DNA from: Octopus sinensis
Lineage: Eukaryota
DNA: 64,000 nucleotides
Direction: 5' to 3'
NCBI RefSeq assembly: GCF_006345805.1
Contig: NC_043007.1
Location: forward strand, 42,966,001 to 43,030,000
Shown here: piece by piece, positions 13,481-29,604 of the stretch
Position numbering within the stretch: the first letter of the stretch is position 1
Layout of the letters: each line of letters starts with the position of its first letter
The notes under the pieces: generated by a model
What the model saw: only the letters and a program-made list of their open reading frames with translations
Told to the model about the DNA's origin: nothing
Database searches by the model: none
Made by a program: the position numbers and the translations under genes

Positions 13481-16400
13481 ATCCACCTACCCAAGCACAA
13501 TAGCTGAATCAGTTAGATTTTAATATCCAGTGATCCTACCACTACCTCATGCCAAATCAAAGCCCAACTTCAGCCCCATTATTATGGTTGCAATCATAAT
13601 TCTTCCTCAGTCAAGTTGCATCTTCAACTTCAACCAAAACAACCCCCATTACTATATTACTAATATCACATCATATGACTCTTTTCTCTAACTTGGACAG
13701 ACACCAGCACTCTTTCAGTCTGTCCTCTTTCCTCATCCTTTTCACAATCTTTCATCATCTCTCCCACAGTGGGACTGAACCCAATATCATGTGGTTGGGA
13801 AGCAAACTTCTTAACCACACAGCCATACCTGTGCCTCACTGATCATAATACCTCCCAGTCATCTAATCACATGCCTATACATCATCCCATTGATACCATC
13901 AATAATGTAGCTAATAACAATAAGCTGAACATTCATTTATGTTCCACATACTATCAAATCTCCAGTATTGGTACCTCTGCACTTGACCCATTTCCTATTG
14001 AATAGTTTTTATGCTGCTTCTCCCACTCCAGCTATCCATTAACTTTGGAGTCATTAAAATGGTTGTGCAAATTGTATCATTGGGTGCTCTCTACCCCTTC
14101 TCCTATAAGAACTTCTATTGTGGGCACTTCTATTTAGTTGAAAGAGTAGCTATCAGTGGAGCAGCCCTCTATCAAACATTTCTTTGGCTTTGGTAGTTTG
14201 CTATATGATCTGTCGACCAGTCAAGTTACATCTGTAGAAATCAATTAATTCAGGTTTAGGCTTTTTACAATCCATGTCCCTATGTGGCCTCCCCTCTGAC
14301 AACTAAAGTACAGCCCCTTGGATGTTTGCAGCTTCTTCCTTCCCCTCTCCCTTCCCCAATGCTCAGTATAGTACATCCAGTTGTATCATGGCTACTGCTA
14401 CAAGATCTTAGGTCTTATACTATGCTGACACTCACTAAGTCTTTTATGACCATGGTTTCAATGTCTGACCATTGCAGATCAGAAAAGCCAGTCATGAAAT
14501 TGAGTTTAACTACTCTGTCTGGCATAACAAGCTAAGAAGGGTAACTTGGATCTGGTCCATTTCACTTTTCATAGCTTGCAGTAGGCCATATGTAAAAGTA
14601 TCTTTCACTGTGATTTTTACTTGGTTTTTAATTGGTTGAAATCATGCATCTCCAGACAATGCCAATGCATCTGCCTACCAGATACAATAACATAAATTTT
14701 GCAGTATCTGCTATTCTCTATAGTTTTGTGACTAATTTCACTTTCTTCAGCCACTGGTGCACATCTCCTTTGCTTTTAAAAGGTCTTAATACCTTGCTAC
14801 TAATCCTAACCTTCTCCAACATTTATCTTTTATTCACTGAAAGCTTATGGTTGAATAATAATAATATGATAATGAGCACTTTCCACATAGTGCTCAGGTA
14901 CACTACAACTTGTTAGAAAAAAGTAAAAATGAAAGAAACAATAAATCAAATAAGGAGATATAGTTATGGTAGCTAAAAGTACATGTATAACATACAGGAT
15001 AATAGCCACCAGAATGACATGAAGGCTCCACTTATCCCCCAACCCTGCACATGGCCTATGGTTCTTATGACTTGAGTTTTTCTCTACTCCGAGATCTATA
15101 CATAACACAAGGCTTCATTAATATAGTGAGACCTGAAACACACCTCTGTCATTACACCAATTTTTATGTAAGTCTTTTTCAGATATATTTTCTATTTGGA
15201 TACAGCTATAATGTGTAGCAACTACATTGCTAAAATCCAACAAAGCTATTGAACAGGACAAGATTGAGGTAATAATTTTAAAAATGGCATATTCTTATCC
15301 TCATCAAATTCTTTAAATATTCTCTATGGGAACCCAAAAGGAAAGAAAACTGTAAGAAACAGAAGAGAGAAAAGATGAATAGAGATAAAGAAATTAGAAA
15401 AGAGGAAGTGAGGGGGCAAGAGAATAAAAAGGTAAGTGGTTACAGACTGTTGAAAAGATTAATGAAACAAAGTATGAGAGGAAGCAGTGAAATAATATAT
15501 CTGTAAATTAGTAGCAACTGTGTCAGATAAGTGCAAGCACATAAACATGTCTGCATTGTGTGTGCATCATTCTTACCATTTAATTGTTGCACTGACTGTC
15601 CTTTGTTAAACCCTAAATAAAGAAATAATCTCATGTCAATTTTCTCAGGGGATGTAGTGACATAAGCATAACAATGATCAAATCATGCTAGTGTATTTGC
15701 ATAGCAGTCACAAAATCAAAATGTTGTGGTACATAACAGTGGACATAACAGTGGAATTACATTACTACAATGCAATGTATGATAGTAATAACATCTAACT
15801 GTTGCAATATATACCACATATACTAGTAATAGCATCACAATAATGTGGTGCAAGGTACTGTGTGTGTATATATATATATACATATATATATATATACATA
15901 CATATATACATATATATACACACACATGTATGTGTGTGTGTATACATATATATGCATGTGTGTGTGTATATATATGTATGTGTGTGTGTGTGTATATATA
16001 TATATAAATATATAGTACTTTTCTACACTGCATGGTAATAATATAATAATCTTTAGGATAACTTTACAAATAGCAAACTTTGTGCAACAAAACCTTGAGA
16101 ATCTGATCCAATGTCGCTGTAGAAGTGAATTCCATTTATTCCAGTAGAACTACCAACAACAAAAAGTTTTGGCTCAATAGAGCAAAAACTTTCTTCCTTG
16201 TATTTTAACCTTTCTTTACCATAATACTAACGAACTACACTACCTATGTGCTGTAATTCATTTTGAAAATAATTATTAATTTGGAAGAATATAAAAAGAA
16301 CGATAAAATAACTTTGTTTTCATCAGATTTATGTTTGGAACACAGCTGAACAAAAAGGTTTTTAGATAAAATTTAAATAAGGACTCTTCATACTGATAAG

Positions 16401-16829
16401 TTTTGTATCATAGAACTAGATGTAATCTCAAGCTAGTTAATACTGATTTCAAATTTTGGCACATGGCCAGCAATTTAAGAGAAGAGGAAATGCAATTATA
16501 TTAACCCTAGTGCATGACTGGTACTTATTTTATTGATTCCCAAAAGGATGAAAGGCAAAGTCAACCTTGGTGGAATTTGAATTCAGAACATAGACAAAAT
16601 GCCACTAAGCATTTTTTACTTGGCTAATGATTCTGTTAGCTTTCCACCTTTGAGCTAGCTCATATTCAAAGGGGCTGAAATAACATCTTAATTTTTACTT
16701 CACAAGTTGTGAAATATGTTTTTGTGATGACCTGTATGCTGTAGTCTGCGATTTTGTTGTGGACAGGAACAAAGAGCCAAGACAATGAGCAATCTAGAAG
16801 ACCTGCCATAAGTATCAACCCAAAAATGT

Positions 16830-17321
16830 GGTATTATGCATTGAGAATTCTTCCCCCAAGGCCAGACCATCAATCAAGAATTCTACTGCAATGTTTTAAA
16901 GCATTTGAGACAAGACATCCAGTGAAAGTTACCAGATCTGTGGGGCATGAAGAATTTGATCCTTCACCAAGTTTTCCTCACTCATAAGTTTCTCACTAAA
17001 AACAGCATGATATCACTTCTGCACCTGCCCTATTCACCATATTTAACACCTGTGGACTTCCATCTCTTCTCTAAGATGAAAATGCAGCTCAAAAGTCGCC
17101 ATTTTAACACCAGTGCCGAGATCCAGAGCAAATTGCAGAAGGTTCTCAGCTTGCTTGTGGGAAATGACTTCCAGGCTGGATTCCAAAAATGGTAAGAATG
17201 CTAGGACCAGTGTGTTGCTGCGTGAGGTGACTATTTTGAAGGAGATGATGTTAAAACTTGGGTAAATAAGTTACGTTTTATAAAACATAACCAGTCCAGG
17301 AACCTTTTAATACCACCTCGT
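16830..17321 (+). mobile_element. Decayed mariner transposase, 3' part with right TIR
   Basis: ...GQTINQEFYC.VLKHL...LHLPYSPYLTPVDFHLFSKMK...GDYFEGD matches the YSPDLAPxD motif and mariner C-terminus; ends accacctcg-TA. Its TIR differs from the one at 11835, so it is a separate element. Confidence 0.82.
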
Positions 17322-18809
17322 AGCTCTTTGATAGAACAATCCTTGCTATAATTATCAAATGAAGTAGTAACTACTATAAAATATTAGTAGCAGATGTGAT
17401 ATGTTAAAGGGTTAACTTGTTATCAGCAAGATTTACAATCAGAATGGCTGTAATGATATAGTGCTGTGAGCCTAAAGAAGTAGTTTTTTCAAAAATTGAT
17501 TTGATTTGGAAAAGACTGTGCCAATGGCCTTTATTGGCCTAATCTTGATCAAGCATACCATGACCACGCCCAACTTTTTTCTGACATAGTATATATAGGA
17601 GTACATTATCTAAAGATTCATTAGATATAATAGTCCTAGACATAATACAACTGAAAAAAGATGGGATGGTTATGAATATAAATACACTGGCAGCTTGGAA
17701 AAAATAAGTGGAAGATCAGAGCAAAAGTTAGCTGGACGCAACTGTTTTCTTACTTTTAACTTCAAAGATAAAATTCACCCTTACGGGACTTAATTATTGT
17801 TTCTCATTTCGACACTGATTAAATGGGACATTAATTGGATTGGATGCAAACTTTTTCAATTAATTCATCAATATCCTACATCAGTTTTAACTTTTCCTTT
17901 TTACAATCTAATTTCCTAACCAGGAGTCTGGTTTATTTTATTTCTGTTCCAGCTGTTATGAAAACAACGCTTTGAGACTACTAACGTTATTGATACTATT
18001 GTAATTTTTGCAACTATTAACCTTATCTTTAAGTATGGTAAGTTTATTTAGTATCTACAACTACACTATGAAAGCAGCACTCCAGCAAGGTCTTAGCCAA
18101 AATGGCTTTAAAGATAAACTAAAAAAACTATGTTTCAATCACTGTGATCTCTAATCATCATGAATTGTCTCTGAATCCTGAATATGTTAAACTAATAGTT
18201 GTAGTATTGTTGCTATTAGTTTCATTTAACTAAACCTGGACATTTAGCACCCCTGATGATTGACTGCAATAGGGTGTCTAAGTTGATATAATAACTGAAT
18301 GACTTGGGGCAGAGGTTTCAGGGACATGAAAATTGTTTTGCTAAAGTAAATATGTATCATATTTTGGGAATGATTCAAAGTAATTATACTCATTCACTTA
18401 TGTAAACTGGACTTGTATTTTGTCAAAAGAAACTATTAACCAGCAACTTCTTTACATTAAGTGCATGTATCTCTTTTGTATTTGCCTTTTACGTCATTCA
18501 CAACAGACTTTTCAGTTTTTGCCAGATGGGTTTCAAAGCATCTCACAGAATTGCAGAAACAAAATTGTTGTTTGAAATCTGCCAACATCTTACAGATCAT
18601 CTTTATAATGGAGGTGACACTTTCTTGGAAAAAAGATCACCATTGTTGGCAATTTTTCATAAGTGTCTTAGGGATATCCAATGACTTGCGTTTATGTTTT
18701 ATCCAGTTATGTGTGTCTGAGAGTGAGCTAGATTTTGTGTGTGCATATGTTATGTTATGCACTTATATCAACTGATGTAAGTGATGGTATTAGTTAGACT
18801 TAACTCTCT

Positions 18810-18848
<39 letters not shown>

Positions 18849-19534
18849 ATGGTGATGAAAGAATCTGAGAAAACTGATGAAGGCTTGTGTCAGCAAACAC
18901 AGTTATAATAAAATCAGTATACATGCCATGGTAAGTTGTGAATTCTCTTGACAAAGAATAGCTCTGTTTGTTATGTCCAAACTCATCTTTTCTTGCAGCA
19001 CAAACTTATATTCTGTGAATAAGACAGGCTGTATATATATATATATATATACATGTGGATCTATATGCATGTATATAAGTGTGCATGTGTGCATACAAAT
19101 TGAAGAAGATATATATGCTTTTTGTGATGACTAATAAACACCCAAAATCTAAGCTATAGAATCTGAAGGTAATCAATTATACAGCATAATTACCATATTT
19201 TCTCAAAAGGAGGGAAAATAAGGTTTGATGAAAATTCTTTTGATTTTTGGCAGACAAATTAGTTTTAAGCAAACATTAGAGGTAACAGCAGCTGTTAGTA
19301 TGGGCAGGTAACTCTTTATGGCAATTACTGTATTGAGAAACTATGTAAAGTTAGTGTAGAAAACATTACTGATCCATTAAGTTCATATTTAGTTTCTATA
19401 GAAGCAGTGTTGTAAGCTGTGTCAGTTAACAAACCAGGTAAGGGATAAGCAAGGGATATCCGCTTGGATATTATTTGTGCATAATTGCGAGTGCACCCAA
19501 TATTCACAGAACGGTGTGTTGGATTAGAACTTAC

Positions 19535-19769
19535 TCAGAATCTGATGAGAGATTTCCATTGTGTGCAATAATTTGGATTTTGGATCTATCTTTGAACTGA
19601 AGTTCATCAGGTGATGTCAGGTTGGATGGTTTTCGAGGAGAACTCAGTATACTCCTTGGAGGATTTTGGAGTCTATCTCTGAAAGTGGAAGGTTCTGTTG
19701 AGGGAGTATCTTTGAAAGTAACCATTGGACCTGTTGTCCGGTACTCATTTGAAATGTAGTCGCGGCTTC
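19535..19769 (-). CDS. CELSR: CELSR penultimate exon (GSRDYISNEYRTTGPMVTFKDTP...IIAHNGNLSSDSE)
   Basis: tgttcttag acceptor in phase 1, GA|GTAAGT donor in phase 2. Ends in S-D-S-E like vertebrate CELSR tails. Read-through of the donor gives GAG TAA (stop at 19533-19531). Confidence 0.8.
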
Positions 19770-22700
19770 CTAAGAACAATAAACACCAAAGACATTCACA
19801 ATAATTACATAAACAAATGATTAAACAAACATGCAAAAGAAAGAATACAACATAGAAAATAAAAGGAGACATAAAGCAGGCTTTTTTCAGTGGTGTTTGG
19901 TGTTTAAATTAGATAACTGATACTGCTTTTTTTTTAAAAAAAAAAGGCTAAAATAAAAAAATAAAATAAGCAAAGGATTTTTTTTTAATCTGGAAAAGAA
20001 TAATACCAGAATAATAATAATAACAACAACAACAACAACAAAAAACAAGCAATAACAAAAATGTGAAATTTGAATTTAAGATGATTTCTTTTCTTCTCTA
20101 AGCCTTCAGGTAAGTTTTATCACCTTCCCATCCACTTTCTCTACACATGCATTTCTCTAGAACTTAAAGTGTATTTTCTCTTCAACTAACTGAGTTAAAT
20201 CTCATCAAGTTATATCTTCACCCTATTTGAAGTGAACTTAAAAAAGACCATGAGTATTTTCTTTCCGATTTCAAATGAACTTATAAAAGAATGTCTTGAG
20301 GAAATTTATTAGCTTCAGCATTAGAATAATGGTACCAACAAAAGTAAATAACATTTCTCCCACTGGGTATTATGAGGAATAGTTATATTAGATAACAGGT
20401 GGTGCCCTAGCATGACTGCAGTTTAATGATTGAAACAAGTGAAAGATAAAAGATAAGGATATGTTTTTCTTTCTATAGGAAAGTTGGAGTATTAATGCAT
20501 TTCCTTTAATGAATTAACTAAGAATTAAAACTGTTTTTCTTCAGGAAAAAAATCTACATGTTGTTTATTATGGTATGTTCTATCCCCAGTAAAGTGATGG
20601 AATATATTTTTATCAATTCTCTTAGCATAATAAAAATTAGTCAGCTCATGACTACATGCCATAAACAATCTAGAAGGTCATCTATCATACATGATATAAT
20701 CAATGTTCCAATAATAATTGTTTCTAATTTAGGTAGAAGGTCAACAACTTTCATTATGGGGTTAGCTGATACCATTAATCAATCAAAACATCTGATACAT
20801 CAAATGAGTTCTTAAATGAGAAAAAAGAGAAATACTCATGGTTAGGTGAGAGGAAGCTTTCTTGATAGAAGGGTACTGAGAAAGAGCTTGAAGAGCCGAC
20901 AGCTTGTAATCCACAAGTATATGAGAGGGAAGAGAATGCCACATTATGATTCTCAAAATAAAAGGTAGTATATGCTGTTTGCTTTTGATTTGGAGAGATA
21001 ATTAGAGAATGGCTCTTAAAAAGCATGTAGAATGAAAAAAACCCAGCTGGGCTCATATGGTAATGCTAACATTCAATAGATGATAGGTCATTATAGAAAA
21101 ACATAAAATAAATCTGCAGCTAAAAGAAAACCTAAATGGATGTTACTGACATGAATATGTCATAAAAAATACAAAAGACAAAGATCCATTCTTTTGTGGA
21201 ATGACAGTGCCAATTGTAGTAAACTTTAATTTTTTTTAACTACATACACTTCATTAAGTACATTCAAAACTCCCAATGTCCTATGGTATACTATCTTTCA
21301 GACAATTCCTATATTTTCATAGATGAAAAGAACACTTCTTTTCTTGACACTGCAAATGAGAAGTGTCAATTAACTTAATCTTTTATAGTATTTCCATTCA
21401 GTTTACTTAAATATTTCTTAATATAATCAAAATTTTGGAAAGTTTTAATAAAATGTCTATAACTTTATACATTGATATATATACCATTGGTGTTGACCAA
21501 TTGAAATTTTATAACATTATTCATATCGCAATGAGATTTTTTATCAACATTTTAATTTAAATATGAACACTTCAGTATCTGCTGCTTCAGGATGGTTGGT
21601 GCTAATTAGTAGAAAGTTACAGTTTAGGAGAGAGAAGAAAATAAAAAAGAAAACTTATAAACTTCTGAGATAAAACGGGATGTGGAACCAATCCTTTTGC
21701 GTCCATATTTTGATTTCTTTCTCAAATACAAACACAGGAGTAAAAAAACAAAAGCTACAACAAATACATGCAAAATAACAACGGAACGCCAAAACTTCAG
21801 TACTTCTTTTTTCATTTCTTTTTTCTTTTTTGAAAATGTAATTTATCAATTTATTTATTCTTTTTTGTTCAAAATCATATTTATATTATATTATTTTGTT
21901 TTTACACAACTCTCATTTTAAGACAATATTGTAAACATAGCAATTGACAGAAGCAAACCAGAAATAGGTGAAGAGACACAAAGAGTATCGTGAGTGAATT
22001 GGAATGGGGAAGGAAAGGGTTATGTCACATGTCACAAGATTTAATGAACTGGAATGTATGAGCTGAAATGAATTAAATTTTTTAATTTTCAACATGTCTA
22101 AAATGCTAAAAATCTACTTCATGCCAATCACGTTGAAAGTGTTGCTGCTGATGAGGATGACAGTGGTGGTGGTGATAACAGTAATAGGTGCATAGTTGTT
22201 GAAACTGCTGAAGTGTAATCCTTTTGTAATCCTTTTCTTTGTTTCAATAGAGATTCTTGAAAATTTTCCAAACAATTTCATGATAAGGAAGCATGAGTAA
22301 ATGTTAATTACAGAAAAAAAACAATTATATAAAGCGGTGAGTGTGTGTGTGTAAATGCACGCACGCACGCACGCACGCACGCGCACACGCACACACACAC
22401 ACACACACACAAGGAACTTTTAAAATATCAGTCTTTGAAATTTTAAATGGTTAGCAATAAAAAATGTAGAAATTAGAAAATCGTAAACATTTATGGGCCA
22501 AAAGAGAAGGAGGGGAGACGATTTTTCTATTTTTGTTTTATCAATTGTTCATATTCATAACTCTGAAAGGATTCATTGAAGTATGATATTTGGTGTCTCG
22601 GGTAATAATTTTACTGGTGGTAGCCACTTTCCCCTCCTATTGGAGAACTTAAAGTGTCCAGCACTGCAAGCTAACAAAAACTCACCAGTACAGTGGACCT

Positions 22701-25021
22701 AATGATTATAGTTGTGATCAATATGATCCTATACAATCAAAAGATCAAAGAACCTTCCGGAGTCATAGGGCCAGTTTCCCAGATTCTGTGGTATATATAT
22801 TCTCCCTCTAGACAGGATGCTAGTCCATTGCAGGATTACTTACACCAGCTGAGTGAACTGGAGGAACATGAAATGAAGTGTCTGGTACAAGAATCAAAAA
22901 CCACACTCTTACAATCATGAGTGCAACCCCCTAACTACTAAGTCACACACCACCACCCCTATACAATAGTTTGTTTTTTTTTCAACCTGAGGAAGTCCCC
23001 TTATAAGAGGTAACATTATAGATAATTTAGTTAGAACAAAATTAAAATAACTTTATATTGAAACCTGAAAACAAAAGCAATCCTTGATTTTTGATATTGT
23101 ATTCTGCCTGAATCTGACCAGCAGACTCTGGAGATAAAAATAATTTTTTTTTAAATTGGTAGGGCTCATAGCATTACTGTAGCTTTAAAAGAGTCATGGG
23201 TTTAAAAAAAAGGGGGTTGAGAACTACTACTATTGAACCTATTTACTGTCAGGTGAAATGAGCCAGTGAGAAAGATGTCTTTACTAGCAGTGCAATATAG
23301 TACCAGAAAATGAACGGACCCTTTCAGCTGGTTAGGATGTCACCTCAATGACTCCGTTCCACTATCTGTGATTCCTTACTCTGTCTATGAAAATATGAAT
23401 AAATATCTTCTGTATTTAGGGTATCAGATAAGCAGTTGAGAGATTAATGATTGGGTTTCATGTCACTGTCACTATTGTTCTATCCAGAGCAAGGACTCTT
23501 AACTCTCAGTGGCTCAGTTCACTTAAATCTAAACAGGTACCATGGTGTGCTATAGTTCTCCACAATAAACAACTGGAACTTGTTGGTCTGTAGTACTAAG
23601 TTCAATAACTGGTCCTACAGGATAAAAAGCTACCTAGCCTATGATAGTCTATCATCCTATTGAAAGGAAGAATTATCAATCATATGCTTTATAATTGAAA
23701 AACCAGAGTAGAGCTCCTGCTCTATGAATCCTTGTGGTTCAGTTAGAAATGATTTATAAGTAAATATATCTATGATGCTGCTCAACAACAATGTAGATAA
23801 AATTGATATTTAACATAATGTACAGTAATGTAACAAGCATGAGAAAAATCTACATGTAGCTATATTGAGATTTGTGTTTCTAGATAATACAATTATCCAA
23901 AATAGCAAAATTCTTGAAAAGAATACTTATTGCAAGAGTCATCACACACACACACACATACACACACAAATACATACATACACACACACACATACATACA
24001 TATAATAATAATAATAATAATAATAAATGGATATGAATTTCTCATATATGAATATACATAATATGTCTTGTTTAGCTGAATCATATTTTATGTAATTACA
24101 AATAATACAAAAAAAAAATGAAAATATAAAATTATATAAAACTTATATTAAAAAGAAGAAATTGTATTGAATAAGGAAATATTTCACACAACGATAATTC
24201 TGCAGCACTACATGATGCATTGTTTTCTTGTGACTAGTACCAAAATACATATTAAAAAAATCTTTTTTGACATATCCAGACAAAGTAACATTTCTTGGTT
24301 ACAGTACATATATTACCTCCACTTATCTTTGTCATCATAATCATCATCATCATCATCATCATTACTATCATCCTCATGATCATCATGATCATCACCATCA
24401 TCATCATCATCATCATCATCATATTCATTAGAATCATCCTTACAACCATCCTAACCTATTGCTCAACTCTTTTATAGATTAGATGAGTCCTAACATTAAT
24501 CAGGTAAGCAGAAGCATTTTGCATAAAATTCTTTAAGGTTATACTGAAGGTTTTGACTTATGTATATATTTTCCAAGTATTGATCAGATAACAACAGCAA
24601 TAATTGTATATAAAATATATGAAGTAAAAGTAGAGTTGATTTACATTATTTTAACTGAATTGTAAAAGCTATATTTTCCCTTTTTATTCAACTTTATGCA
24701 ATGCTGAAAACAGTAGCCCTAGAATTAATATTATTTTTCATAAAGAAAATAAATAATGAATAACATAACACAATAATTCAGTGGAAGAAGATTTCAAACT
24801 TTACTAGGGCTGTAAATACCACATATCCTAAATATCACATATATCCTTTTCCTAGTGACATAATCAAAGTTGGCAGGTGTGTATATGAATGTGTATGTAT
24901 GTATAAGTAAATATTAATGACTTTTCCAATGTATTTTTTTATATACAATTAATGCTGTTGTTAGATCATCATGTGAAAAATATATGCATTATTTATGAGA
25001 AAACTGCAAATATATATATTG

Positions 25022-25082
<61 letters not shown>

Positions 25083-25094
25083 CAGTTTATATAT

Positions 25095-25148
<54 letters not shown>

Positions 25149-26349
25149 TAAATAATGCAAAGATATTATCCTCTTAAACAACCAATAGATAAGAATTTTC
25201 CTTGGTGTAACTAAGTTCTTTTAGGTTCTAGCAAGAACTTAAATGAACTTAATAGCAGCAGAAAAAAAAAATCTGATAGAAATGAAGCAAAAACAAAAAC
25301 ATTTATGATGTAAAATAATGAGAAGTCACTGCAACAAGGAATTAAAGATAAAAATAGATTTGTCAATAGTATAGTTTTACCCTTAATCCAATGATTAAAG
25401 TTTATTTAAAACAAAATATTGAATAAAATTATTTTTCTCTTTATAGAGCCTTTCATTCTAATAACAATATCACAATATCTTTAAGAAACTATTCTAAATA
25501 TATATCTTAAATGTAGATGTAACTAATTACAAATATATATTATAATTTCAACAGGACACAAGGTTTAAAAGCCATCAGCACTGTAAAGTCTGACTGAGTC
25601 ATTGTTGCATAGATTGAAATCAAAAACACACTCATACAATATGCCATTGACAAGACTTTTGTTTCAATGGTTTGATTAAAAAAGTATCCAAAATTTCTGG
25701 CAGAGCCTCTTTGACTAGTGAGGGAAAAGGGTAAAGAAAACTATACATCAATATAAAGCAGCATATCAAGATATTTAGGTTATCCTCAAACTGGATATCT
25801 ATGTAGTTTGAATATTTACAACAGTGTGGACTCCACTAGTTTGTTAGAGCAAGTATTTAAGAATTTGGGAGTAGAATTTAAAAAAAAAACAAAAAGATCC
25901 TTCACCCAAAATCAAACAAGCAGGCAAGCAAGTAGATAAAAAAATTTACTACCATTTCTTTGTTTAGCTAACTAATTGTGTTGGAATTGATCTTGATTTA
26001 ATATGTACAATAGCTACACAAAATATATGAGCAAAATATTGAATCACATAATATAGTATCACATCATTCTTTTAAGTCATAGATTTAAAAATATTGGTAT
26101 CAGCTGTGAAGTAATTTTATTTTTATAAAATCTTACTAATTATTAAAATTTTTTTGAACAAATCAAAAAATAAAAGGTTGAGAAGCAGGAGCAAGATGAT
26201 GAAGTCAAAAATAAAACCATAAACACAAAACAGTATATACATAGTTATAAATAGCATGTTATTGTACACTTAATAACGAAGGAATTTATTAAATTATTTA
26301 CAAACTCTTATTTATAATTTTGGGGCTTATATTGTCCATAAACACTGAT

Positions 26350-28500
<2,151 letters not shown>

Positions 28501-29052
28501 AACATTTACATGTGTGTGTGTGTGTGTGTCTGTCTCCGTCTCTCACTCTTTCTGTTTATATTTATATTTCAGGCACAAGAAGATTTATCAACTGTTGATC
28601 TACCATACTACAAGTGAGTTGTATATAAATTCACAGACATTTATTTCAGAACATTACATTTAGCCACACTTAGTAAATATATTATTGAATGAACACATTT
28701 AAACTTTTCCACAATGTATCAGCTATAACTCTAGTTATAATACACATACACAAGCTCATGTGTATGTGTAATTTTATCTGACAGTTATATAAACTTGTCA
28801 CAACAATGTGGCTGGCAATTTCTCACAGTTCCTTGAAGGAGTCTGGTTGGATCTGTTGTGTTGAATCTAGTTGGATCTGTTGTGTTCAGTAGATCAGATT
28901 CAGCCAAACATTGACTATAACTGTGAGGGGCTGCTATAAACAGCCTGTAACATTATTCTAATAGTTTTATATAACTGGATTATAAAATTTTATTTATATT
29001 TAACTCTATTTCATATATTGAGTGAGCCTTTCTTGATGTATGTATCCAAGCA

Positions 29053-29083
<31 letters not shown>

Positions 29084-29267
29084 ACTGAAGGCAGATGATT
29101 GGCTCCATAAATAGTTAGTATTATTATTATATATGAAACTTTGAATTCTGGTCAAAAGAATATTGTGAGGCATATATGTCCCTTTAAGTTTGTAGTTAAA
29201 GTTGCATTTTCTTTCATTTAAAATTGATCAGTCTCAATCAATACATATAAATACTAATAATAATAAT

Positions 29268-29313
<46 letters not shown>

Positions 29314-29555
29314 TAATAATAATAATATAATAATAACAACAACAACAAGAAGGTCTGCAATTTTTTAGGGTAGGGTTGGTGGATACCATCACTTGCAGTA
29401 CTAGACTGGTATTTATTTTGTTGACCATTGAGGGAAGAAAGGCAAAGTTAACCTCTATAGGGATTTGAACTCAGAATGTAAAGAGCCAGAATAAATACTG
29501 AAAGGTATTTTTTCCTGACAGTCTAATGATTCTGCTATTCCATCCAACATCCTTT

Positions 29556-29604
<49 letters not shown>

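Noticed and set aside
11835-17321. One mariner element split by 4.5 kb of insertions
   Set aside because: The left TIR (caagggtgggctgcaaagttc) and the reverse complement of the right TIR (cgaggtggtattaaaaggttcc) do not match, so these are two separate relics.
22114-22290. Additional CELSR exon (GC-richer Ser/Thr-rich patch)
   Set aside because: The phase-1 reading from the plausible acceptor hits TGA and the donor is weak. The flanking exons already join in frame without it. It cannot be fully excluded as an alternative exon.
24252-24477. Poly-Met/poly-Ile ORFs; also the poly-Leu/Asn ORFs at 29234-29428 and 42102-42589
   Set aside because: These are translations of (CAT)n and (AAT)n trinucleotide repeats.
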